Positions 1 through 7,907 of a DNA stretch of 38,368 bases are shown here, in pieces. The notes below the pieces were generated by a model. It made no database searches and was not told the origin of the DNA. It worked only from the letters and a program-made list of their open reading frames with translations. Source of the DNA: a virus (Duplodnaviria; Caudoviricetes); the IMG/VR virus record IMGVR_UViG_3300032312_000843, positions 1-38,368 of that record. One strand, 5' to 3'. The translations under genes and the position numbers were made by a program. Within the stretch, counting starts at the first letter, position 1, and every line of letters begins with the position of its first letter.

Positions 1-1
1 C

Positions 2-388
2 TTGTCCAGTTGATGCAGTTTGTGGAAGCTCTTTTGGAGCAGCACTAGCTACCCATGTACTAGTAGTTCCATTATAGGTTAGTATCTGTCCATTCATTGC
101 CCCGCCATCATCTAATTTGTCTAGCCCAACCGAGCTTACGTTTATTGTAATAGTCCCAGCACCAACAATTGGACTACCAAATACACTTATAGATCCATCA
201 GTTGAATTTACTCCTACACTATTTACCGTTCCTGTTCCTCCTCCTGTGTTTTTTACGTAATTTTTAACTTGATCTAGTGTTGTTTTATATGTATTTCTAC
301 CACCAGAACCATCATCTTGTGATATAGCTAATTCATCCGTTCCTGTTGGAGTTATTACTTGTGGTAAATTAGTTATTTTTGTTCCCAT
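2..388 (-). CDS. Tail fibre-like protein, runs off the left edge (not in the ORF track)
   Basis: Manual translation from ATG at 388: MGTKITNLPQVITPTGTDELAISQDDGSGGRNTYKTTLDQVKNYV...GTVNSVGV...GQILTYNGTTSTWVASA. There is no stop before the edge. KIT.LP, GTV.SV and GQ.L.YNG..W motifs are typical of phage fibre proteins. TAAATA lies 5 nt upstream. Confidence 0.75.
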   Translation of the reverse strand, partial: MGTKITNLPQVITPTGTDELAISQDDGSGGRNTYKTTLDQVKNYVKNTGGGTGTVNSVGVNSTDGSISVFGSPIVGAGTITINVSSVGLDKLDDGGAMNGQILTYNGTTSTWVASAAPKELPQTASTGQ

Positions 389-393
389 AAAAT

Positions 394-399
394 TATTTA
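394..399 (-). promoter_or_regulatory. Late-promoter-like TAAATA, 5 nt before ATG 388
   Basis: Minus strand AATAAATAATTTTATG. Confidence 0.65.
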
Positions 400-406
400 T
401 TAAAAA

Positions 407-865
407 TTAAACTTTTATGGTATCAGAATTATCTAATAAAATATTATCAGGAACCGATACAGTATCTAAATCAGTAGCCAAGAAATTATCACCATTACAA
501 CATTCCGCAGATAATCTTTTTAATATAGCATCTATAATGTCTATATCTTTTTGTGCATCTTCACATGTAGATTTTAAAGAAGTAAATATTTGTATTACGG
601 AATTTGTATTTTCTATTATAAATCCACTCTTATCGATTTCATTTATAAAAATATCGGTATCTTCAGTTGCGGATGGTTTCGTCGAAGTTGTTGTTAAAAA
701 ATTCTTGTTGGATATTTTAATTCCGCCGATTGTAGCGTCATCACCTACGAATACACGTTCAGTATCTTTAGTAAAAACAAGTTCACCTTCTTCGAAAAGT
801 GTGACTTTTCGCTGACTATCGTTTCCTCTTCGGATTTTTAATTTACGTAAGTGATTTTTTTGCAT
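407..865 (-). CDS. Tail fibre-associated protein with an Mtd_N/hyaluronidase-N-like domain
   Basis: KLKIRRG...EEGELVFTKDTERVFVGDD...GG matches the I..RRG...GE.....DT....+GDG N-terminal fibre motif. Flanked by fibre genes. Confidence 0.6.
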   Translation of the reverse strand: MQKNHLRKLKIRRGNDSQRKVTLFEEGELVFTKDTERVFVGDDATIGGIKISNKNFLTTTSTKPSATEDTDIFINEIDKSGFIIENTNSVIQIFTSLKSTCEDAQKDIDIIDAILKRLSAECCNGDNFLATDLDTVSVPDNILLDNSDTIKV

Positions 866-869
866 GAGT

Positions 870-2057
870 TTACCATTTTATGCAATATAATGCCACTACG
901 TTTTTAGGACGGGTTTCTACGTCTGTTCTTACTACTCTAGAAGCATCAAATCCCATAATAACTCCGAATCCTTCTCCAGCCGCACCAATTCCATTTTGGT
1001 TCGTGCCTGTATTAAAAATAGAACCCGTAGAAACTATTGACGCTCTATCATCAATACCAAATGTTGCTGTAATATTTTGTATTGCATCTTCTTGGACTGT
1101 TCCATCCAAAGGTCTGGTTGATAATGGATCTAAAAATGTATGAGTGGTTTCGTCTTGTCTCATATAATCAACACCACGAACAAATAATCCACGATAATCA
1201 GGAACTTGAAACATGTTTCCTGATTTTAGTACCGAATAATTATATCCAATTACAGCAAAAAGTTCGGGAAGCGAACGTTTATCATGAGATTTTCCATCAC
1301 ATGGAACCCAACCATCGGGAATTCCTGAAACTGGAAACATAACAATCATTCCAACAGGAAGAACGTTTCTATTTGAATCTCCATAATTTTGTTGCTGACC
1401 GGGAGGTAATGAAGTTCCGGGTGGCGGAACCGTATTAACCTTGGTAGTGTTAAGGATTCTGATATTCACTTCTCCAGTCGAACGATTAATCCACAACGGA
1501 GCATTAATATCTAAATCACTATAACTATTTTTAATATAAAAATTACTAGTATTATCGTTTTTAACAATTATAGAAAATAAATTCTTATCAGTTACTGTTG
1601 GATTACCGAATAATAATTCATAATCCGAAAAAGTTTCTCTAATTCTTAATTTTCCTACTTCAGTCGCATTTAATGCTCTTAAAGAAACCGAAGACCCAGT
1701 AGATAAAACAGAAACATCATTTATATTTCCCCCATTTGTTAAATTTACATCTCCTCCTATAGTTGTATTTCCTCCTATAGTTGTATTTCCTCCTATAGTT
1801 GTATTTCCTCCTATAGTTGTATTTCCTCCTATAGTTGTATTTCCCGTAAATGAACCGTTTCCAGTACACGAAACTGGGCCACTTATATCAACACCCATTG
1901 TATCACCACCTAAAGTCAATGCGGTAGCAGTACCAGAACCATCATGTACTACTTGTTTAGCTAATGAAGGTTCTATACTTTTTGGGAAATGTAACAACCC
2001 TCTAAATGTCGCGGACACTCTTTTTCCTGTTAAATTACTAGCGGTTTCTTCTGCCAT
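870..2057 (-). CDS. Tail fibre protein with phage tail collar domain
   Basis: PVGMIVMF...IPDGWVPCDG...LPELFAVIG...FQVPDYRGLFVRG is a collar domain. C-terminal ETRPKNVVALYCIK. GGNTTI repeats in the shaft. Confidence 0.88.
   Translation of the reverse strand: MAEETASNLTGKRVSATFRGLLHFPKSIEPSLAKQVVHDGSGTATALTLGGDTMGVDISGPVSCTGNGSFTGNTTIGGNTTIGGNTTIGGNTTIGGNTTIGGDVNLTNGGNINDVSVLSTGSSVSLRALNATEVGKLRIRETFSDYELLFGNPTVTDKNLFSIIVKNDNTSNFYIKNSYSDLDINAPLWINRSTGEVNIRILNTTKVNTVPPPGTSLPPGQQQNYGDSNRNVLPVGMIVMFPVSGIPDGWVPCDGKSHDKRSLPELFAVIGYNYSVLKSGNMFQVPDYRGLFVRGVDYMRQDETTHTFLDPLSTRPLDGTVQEDAIQNITATFGIDDRASIVSTGSIFNTGTNQNGIGAAGEGFGVIMGFDASRVVRTDVETRPKNVVALYCIKW
1752..1844. repeat. Perfect tandem repeat, 5 x 18 bp (TCCTCCTATAGTTGTATT) plus TCC, encoding (NTTIGG)n
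   Basis: Identical units start at 1752, 1770, 1788, 1806 and 1824. Confidence 0.95.
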
Positions 2058-2062
2058 AAAAT

Positions 2063-2068
2063 TATTTA
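2063..2068 (-). promoter_or_regulatory. Late-promoter-like TAAATA, 5 nt before ATG 2057
   Basis: Minus strand ACTAAATAATTTTATG. Confidence 0.7.
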
Positions 2069-2075
2069 GTTGATT

Positions 2076-4004
2076 TTAATCAATTGGATAGATGTTAGTT
2101 CCATTTTGTAAATCAACCCAAGTTTTCAAATTTTTGAATTTAACTTGTGTTAAATTTAACAAATTTATTTCATAATTATATATTTTACTAAATATTCTAT
2201 TTATAACATTTGGTTGAACTAATTCATTATCATTTATAAAAGAGTTGTACTCGATATCAATATTTAAAGTATTAATTTCTTCATCTGTTAAGTAAATGTA
2301 ATCTTTATATTTTAAATCACTATACTTATCAAATTCTGCATAAAATCTTCCTTTTAAATTATTTTTAAATTGTAAAATATTTTGATAAAGTTTATATATT
2401 TCTTTATTGAGTACTAAAGATTGATTATATTCTATATTTTCAAATTTAATTGATTTATAATTATAATATGGTAATGCATCATTATTTAATAAAGATAAAT
2501 AATCCGTTCTTTCATTTAAATGTGAAATATAAGTATCACCCATAAAATAAAGATCATCTTTATTACTTTTACTGGCTGCAATGTAAATATCATTGGTAGT
2601 TAAATTTATAGTAAAAAATTCAGCATAATTCCAAGTTTCATAATCTCTTAAATTATCCCATTCCAATTCTATTTGATCCCAAATAAATGTATCGTCTGGA
2701 TAAAATTTGTCTCTATTAAACACTGCAAAAGTTTGTTCTGGTTTGGAAAAGAATTTCTTGAATACAGAGTTATTAGTAATTACATAAAATACATTTGAAT
2801 CTTGTTCAGATATTGCCATTCTATTAAATTGAGCATCCGTATCTTTAAACAAAATATCAGTAAATACGTAAGTTTTTATTAAATTATAGCTATTACCAAA
2901 TTCAAATAAACCATATTGGGGATTATTCTCATCAGAAGAATCTTTGTATAATACATATACATGATCATTCATTTTTCTATAACGAATATCTAGTACAGAA
3001 TAATTTCCTGTTGACGGTATTTTAAGTGTTTTCTTCCATACAAAATTACTATCAAATATTTTTATTGCATTATTCCCAGAATCATAAACCCAAATTTCGC
3101 CATTATTTGCTCCGAGTACGGTGCAATTTTTAAATTTATTCATTCTATCCACAGAACCACTACCACCTATTGGTTCTATCATATATTTTTTATTTTCAAA
3201 AACAGCATCATTTGTTATATAACCAGTTATATCGTATTTAAATACTTGACCACCACCGTTTATTTTAGAATCACTTACATATAAAAATTTACCATCATAT
3301 TTTATATCTTCTAAATTTTTACATAATTCATTTGAATAATTATCAATTACATTTGTATAAAATGTGAATGCAGCACCCGATAATTGCCCATCTTCAGAAA
3401 TTGTACTAGTCAACCCAACAAAATACGTATTACTAATCCCAAATATTCCTATTCCTTTATTGTCTTCAAAAGGAATGACAACAAACCGCTTCATTACGTC
3501 AAATTCTTTATAACCAGATAAAGTAGGATTGCTTCCTAGTGGGCCAAATCCAAATATTCTATTATTATTGATTTGTTTTAATTTGGTTTCCCACCCAAAA
3601 TTATTTGTTCCTATTAAATTACAAAGTGTATTAACATTCAAATCAATAGGAACATCAGTACTTCCCATGAATAATTGACTATATAAATATATCAAATTAT
3701 TATGAAGATATTCTATTTTTTTATTTAAAACAGAATAACCAACAATTTCATTTGGTTCAATTATAATTTCTTCTATTGAATATGGAAGAGACATCACATC
3801 AAATACATTTCTATCTTTGAAGTTTGTTGATCTGTAATAATCAGTAGAATATTGTGAAACAGAATATAATGTTTCTGATGTTTTAGAAAAATATCTTTCA
3901 GTATACGCGTTTCCTGTATCATCAATATTAAAATATCCAACATATGACGATTCATCGACTTTTTTGAATTCTCCACCAGAGGTATAATTGAATTTTGTTT
4001 GCAT
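2076..4004 (-). CDS. Putative virion structural protein with NHL-like beta-propeller segments
   Basis: 642 aa. Blade-like motifs LYVSDS and GEIWVYDSGNNAIKIFDSNFVWKK. Lies in the baseplate/fibre cluster. Confidence 0.55.
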   Translation of the reverse strand: MQTKFNYTSGGEFKKVDESSYVGYFNIDDTGNAYTERYFSKTSETLYSVSQYSTDYYRSTNFKDRNVFDVMSLPYSIEEIIIEPNEIVGYSVLNKKIEYLHNNLIYLYSQLFMGSTDVPIDLNVNTLCNLIGTNNFGWETKLKQINNNRIFGFGPLGSNPTLSGYKEFDVMKRFVVIPFEDNKGIGIFGISNTYFVGLTSTISEDGQLSGAAFTFYTNVIDNYSNELCKNLEDIKYDGKFLYVSDSKINGGGQVFKYDITGYITNDAVFENKKYMIEPIGGSGSVDRMNKFKNCTVLGANNGEIWVYDSGNNAIKIFDSNFVWKKTLKIPSTGNYSVLDIRYRKMNDHVYVLYKDSSDENNPQYGLFEFGNSYNLIKTYVFTDILFKDTDAQFNRMAISEQDSNVFYVITNNSVFKKFFSKPEQTFAVFNRDKFYPDDTFIWDQIELEWDNLRDYETWNYAEFFTINLTTNDIYIAASKSNKDDLYFMGDTYISHLNERTDYLSLLNNDALPYYNYKSIKFENIEYNQSLVLNKEIYKLYQNILQFKNNLKGRFYAEFDKYSDLKYKDYIYLTDEEINTLNIDIEYNSFINDNELVQPNVINRIFSKIYNYEINLLNLTQVKFKNLKTWVDLQNGTNIYPID

Positions 4005-5426
4005 TTATCGAAATTCTATATTGTTGATTGTTGTGGTAATAGGTAATACCTTTTTTAATTTTTCCGATATTATACTCTTTAATTCGTTTTGAAGAATTGT
4101 ATTTGTTATTTGTGAATTTTTAATAATTAAATTAATTTTATTGCTTTTATTTCCTGTAGTGTCTAATTTGAATTGTCTTTCTATACCATCTAATTCATTT
4201 CTTTGATCACAAGGTAACGATACAATTAAATTTTCCATATTTATTCCATTATAAACCAAAAAGTCTATTTCATTGTTGGTCAATGCTTTATTATATAATC
4301 TAAATTGTTTTATATAAGAATTGTTTATATAATAATAATTTTTTTGCTTTAGATATTTTTCTAAAACTATATTATTATAAAAATATGTATTACCCACAGA
4401 AATATCATCTTTTAATACTTCTTGGAAGATATATTTGCCTTTGTCTATATCAACAGTTTTTATTTCTTTTCCATCACAAAATACCGAAATTCTACCTTCG
4501 ATTCCATCAAATCTAAAAGCAAAATGATGCGATCCATTTTTAAATAAACTAATATCAATTGGTATATTTACGATTAATCTATCTCTATTATTAAATGTAT
4601 TTTTAAGAATTACTTTAAAATTGAGAATATTATTAATTTTATAAGTATTTTTTAAATAATTATAATTTGTTAAATTATAATTTAATTTTCTGCTGTCGCC
4701 ATAAGGAATATATTCTCCCGTTAATCCAACTAATCCTACATAGATTATATCTTTTATAGATTCATCAAATTTAGCTAAGAATAATTCACCAGTTCTTATA
4801 TTTTGTAATTGATTTTGAACTCTACCTAATATTATTGGATATGAACTTAATCCATTAGCAGTATATTCCCTAACAATATCTATCTTTAATATATCAATTT
4901 TATTATCTGGTAATATTAATAATTGATTAAAAACGCTATTCGCTGGAGTAATTGTTGTTGTATACTGTAATATACGATTTTTAGAAAATTTAGAGATTTT
5001 GTTTTTATCATGAACTACATAATAATTCATATTATCATCTAATATGAAATCTCTTATTTGACTTGAACTAGATAAATGTATTGAGTAAATGTTTCTATCA
5101 TAAGATTCTTGTACTAATTTAGTGTTATCTAATATATATAATACACTATCATTTTCGAAAGCTTTTACAGAAAACCCAGCAAATCCATATATTTCGTCTT
5201 TATATTTTATAATAGAATTTACTTTATTTGTTGTATTGGGTAAATTTATTTTAATAGGAGTATAAGATTCCTTTATGACATCATATTCGATTGTAGTACC
5301 GATATCATCTTTAAGAAAATATATATAATTTTCGTCACTATACATTGATATATACGATTCAGTTAAATTTCCTATAGAATCATATAAAACTGCATTTGAA
5401 TTAAATTTTGTTAATAAAGGTATCAT
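4005..5426 (-). CDS. Putative structural protein carrying the C-terminal half of a LamG/concanavalin-like domain
   Basis: HHFAFRFDG...ISVFCDGK...YIKQFRLYNKALTNNEI are LamG C-terminal motifs. Confidence 0.6.
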   Translation of the reverse strand: MIPLLTKFNSNAVLYDSIGNLTESYISMYSDENYIYFLKDDIGTTIEYDVIKESYTPIKINLPNTTNKVNSIIKYKDEIYGFAGFSVKAFENDSVLYILDNTKLVQESYDRNIYSIHLSSSSQIRDFILDDNMNYYVVHDKNKISKFSKNRILQYTTTITPANSVFNQLLILPDNKIDILKIDIVREYTANGLSSYPIILGRVQNQLQNIRTGELFLAKFDESIKDIIYVGLVGLTGEYIPYGDSRKLNYNLTNYNYLKNTYKINNILNFKVILKNTFNNRDRLIVNIPIDISLFKNGSHHFAFRFDGIEGRISVFCDGKEIKTVDIDKGKYIFQEVLKDDISVGNTYFYNNIVLEKYLKQKNYYYINNSYIKQFRLYNKALTNNEIDFLVYNGINMENLIVSLPCDQRNELDGIERQFKLDTTGNKSNKINLIIKNSQITNTILQNELKSIISEKLKKVLPITTTINNIEFR

Positions 5427-5445
5427 ATTATATGAATGTATTATA

Positions 5446-7431
5446 CTAGTTAATTGTAATTGTATGGAAATAATCTAAATGATCAGTTCTATATAAATCT
5501 TTAATTATATAATCATTATTTGTTTCTTCGTGCCCTAATGAAGCGGTATCAAGTAATTCGAAATTAGTATTATATGTAAATACTTTGTTTCCATTTTGAA
5601 TTGTTATAATTGGTGTTATTTTTTGATCATTTAGTAACGCAAACCCATTGTCAGTTAAATTACCAAATATTTGGTGCCCAAATCCAGAATCCCAGTCGTT
5701 GGATTTTAACCAAAATGAAAATGTAAATTGATGTGTATCATTAATTAAATTATAATTAGGTATCAATGAATACGAATCTCCATTCATATTATATTCGATA
5801 TCATCGATATCACCTGTTAAATTAATATCAGATTCATTCGAATTTTTTAAAAAAAGACCCTTTTGTATTAAAAACTCATCAATAGTAGATAATATTTCCT
5901 TTACATAATTATTACCAATTCTATGGTAAATATATTTTGTGTTTGGTAAAATTACAAAATCACTGATTTTATCAAAGAAATTTATACCATATAATGCAGA
6001 ATTTACAGTTTGTGGTGTTCCTTCGAATTCTTCTTCTACTGTATTATAAATATGCGGAACATCATAATATTCCGAAGTAGATAATTTTTGTTTTAATAAT
6101 GTATTAATTGGCTCTGAATAATTCAAAGTAAATGATGTAGACAATGCAGATGCATAAGAAGTCTTTTTTGGTATATAATATCTATCTAACCAAATAGTTG
6201 ATCCATCCTTCTTTTTATATAGCCAAGAACACATGTATTCTTCATAATAGTTTTGGATATCATCTTTATTTTTAAATATTTTATCAGATAAATACGGATT
6301 TTCTCCTGCTATAGATCCATTTAAATTCCAACCCAAGTCATTTATATTAATTTGTTTATATGGATATAAACTTTCTGGTGTATAAAAAACATTATATGTA
6401 TCTCCATTCATTTTATAATCTAAATTATAAAATTCATAACTTAATGTAATCCCATAATCACCTTTTTCTTGTTCATTACCAGTAAATAATCCCGTATAAG
6501 TTCTATTATCAACATTTGGCACATTTGGATTATTTTTTTCTAAAAAATTTGATCTATAACTATAATTTTTATGAGTTTTTTGATTTTTTAATGTTAATAT
6601 ATTACATTCTAATGTATTACCTGTGATATAACTATATTGAGTGTTTAATAAAAAATTATTGGATAAATCGTTTATGCTTTTATCTAAATTTATCTCATAT
6701 TGATTTTTATGTTCTTTTATATAAGAAACCCAAGATGTATTAATTTTAGGATCTATGGTTTTTATATAATAATTTACATTAAACGTAAAATCACGAAACA
6801 AATTTATATTTGATATTAAAGACAATGTGTTATTTTGTAATCTAATTAAATATTTTACGCCATTTATAGTTTTAAATAAAGATAGTTTATTATTTTCTTT
6901 ATCTAAAATACAATTTAATAAAGTTTTATCTGGACTGTCTAATGTAGAAAAATTAATAAACGATTGTCCAACTGATAAGTAATAATAATTCCTATTTTTA
7001 GTTTTATGTACTACTTTTGCGCTACATCCATTAAATACGGTGATTTCAAATATTCTATCTGAAGGATCTACGAATTTTTGGTCTTTAGTAGTAAAATTTA
7101 TATTTTTAATCGAATTATCTATGATTGAAGAAGATAAAGTAAAATATAATCCAGTATTATTGTCTATAATTGATGAATTAAATTTCAATTCATTAATTGG
7201 TTGAGATAATTGATTAATTTCGATGAAATCCGTAATTTTTTGTTTATCAGTAAGATATAAAGACGAATAATTATTAATTTTCCTATCTACTAGATTTTTT
7301 AAATATTTTTCACGAAAAACAACCAACCCTTCTTCACTAGAATTTAATTTTCCAATGAATTTTATATCAGCATCACCTATATATGATGTTGATAATGCTA
7401 CTATATTGGATTTAAAATCTAAAATCTCCAC
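5446..7431 (-). CDS. Putative structural protein ending in LamG N-terminal motifs (GTG start)
   Basis: 661 aa. MNGDSYSLI...FTFSFWLKSNDW near the C-terminus. TAAATA-N5-GTG upstream. Confidence 0.55.
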   Translation of the reverse strand: MEILDFKSNIVALSTSYIGDADIKFIGKLNSSEEGLVVFREKYLKNLVDRKINNYSSLYLTDKQKITDFIEINQLSQPINELKFNSSIIDNNTGLYFTLSSSIIDNSIKNINFTTKDQKFVDPSDRIFEITVFNGCSAKVVHKTKNRNYYYLSVGQSFINFSTLDSPDKTLLNCILDKENNKLSLFKTINGVKYLIRLQNNTLSLISNINLFRDFTFNVNYYIKTIDPKINTSWVSYIKEHKNQYEINLDKSINDLSNNFLLNTQYSYITGNTLECNILTLKNQKTHKNYSYRSNFLEKNNPNVPNVDNRTYTGLFTGNEQEKGDYGITLSYEFYNLDYKMNGDTYNVFYTPESLYPYKQININDLGWNLNGSIAGENPYLSDKIFKNKDDIQNYYEEYMCSWLYKKKDGSTIWLDRYYIPKKTSYASALSTSFTLNYSEPINTLLKQKLSTSEYYDVPHIYNTVEEEFEGTPQTVNSALYGINFFDKISDFVILPNTKYIYHRIGNNYVKEILSTIDEFLIQKGLFLKNSNESDINLTGDIDDIEYNMNGDSYSLIPNYNLINDTHQFTFSFWLKSNDWDSGFGHQIFGNLTDNGFALLNDQKITPIITIQNGNKVFTYNTNFELLDTASLGHEETNNDYIIKDLYRTDHLDYFHTITIN

Positions 7432-7435
7432 TAAA

Positions 7436-7906
7436 TTATTTAATTTTAATGTTTAAAATGTCTCCCATTTGAGTATCCAAAGTCAAAAATAATGAATTAT
7501 CTATATTATCAATAAATTGAGCACCAGCTATGTCTATATTTAAAAAATCAGTATAAAACGAATTTTTTGCTATTTTTATTGGACATTGATACACAAAATC
7601 CTTTCCATTCAAAAATTTTATAAAAAATGTTGGATAATATATAATATTTTGTGTATCTGTATTTGGATAAAATGAATTTGTAATAATTTCTGTTATTTTA
7701 TTAGGATATTTAAAATTATAGAATTTACTTACAACATCACTTCCATCATTAAAATCTATATCTATTTTTACTATAGGATTAGTTGGTGTATTACACTCCG
7801 ATAAATCAAACGATAATTCACTAATTCCCTTATAAAATCGCATTGGTTCTTGATACCCAATAGGATTAGTAATATAATTTAATGATAAGGTAAATAATTT
7901 ATTCAT
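7436..7906 (-). CDS. Hypothetical structural protein, possibly PKD/Ig-like (start moved to ATG 7906)
   Basis: IDIDFNDGS resembles the PKD WDFGDG motif. ATG follows the upstream stop as TAA-T-ATG. Confidence 0.5.
   Translation of the reverse strand: MNKLFTLSLNYITNPIGYQEPMRFYKGISELSFDLSECNTPTNPIVKIDIDFNDGSDVVSKFYNFKYPNKITEIITNSFYPNTDTQNIIYYPTFFIKFLNGKDFVYQCPIKIAKNSFYTDFLNIDIAGAQFIDNIDNSLFLTLDTQMGDILNIKIK
7437..7442 (-). promoter_or_regulatory. Late-promoter-like TAAATA, 5 nt before GTG 7431
   Basis: Minus strand TTAAATAATTTAGTG, overlapping the upstream stop codon. Confidence 0.65.
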
Positions 7907-7907
7907 A

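Noticed and set aside
417-1342. Plus-strand ORFs 417-815, 880-1143 and 1082-1342
   Set aside because: Antisense shadows of well-supported fibre genes, with no motifs or start signals.
1752-1844. CRISPR array
   Set aside because: The repeats are directly adjacent with no spacers and are in-frame coding sequence.
2-2057. Diversity-generating retroelement targeting the fibres (Mtd_N-like domain present)
   Set aside because: No reverse transcriptase and no template/variable repeat pair was seen in the window.
5428-5448. Stop-codon reassignment (TAG read-through)
   Set aside because: Genes are full length under the standard code, and reading through TAG 5446 hits TAA after five more codons.
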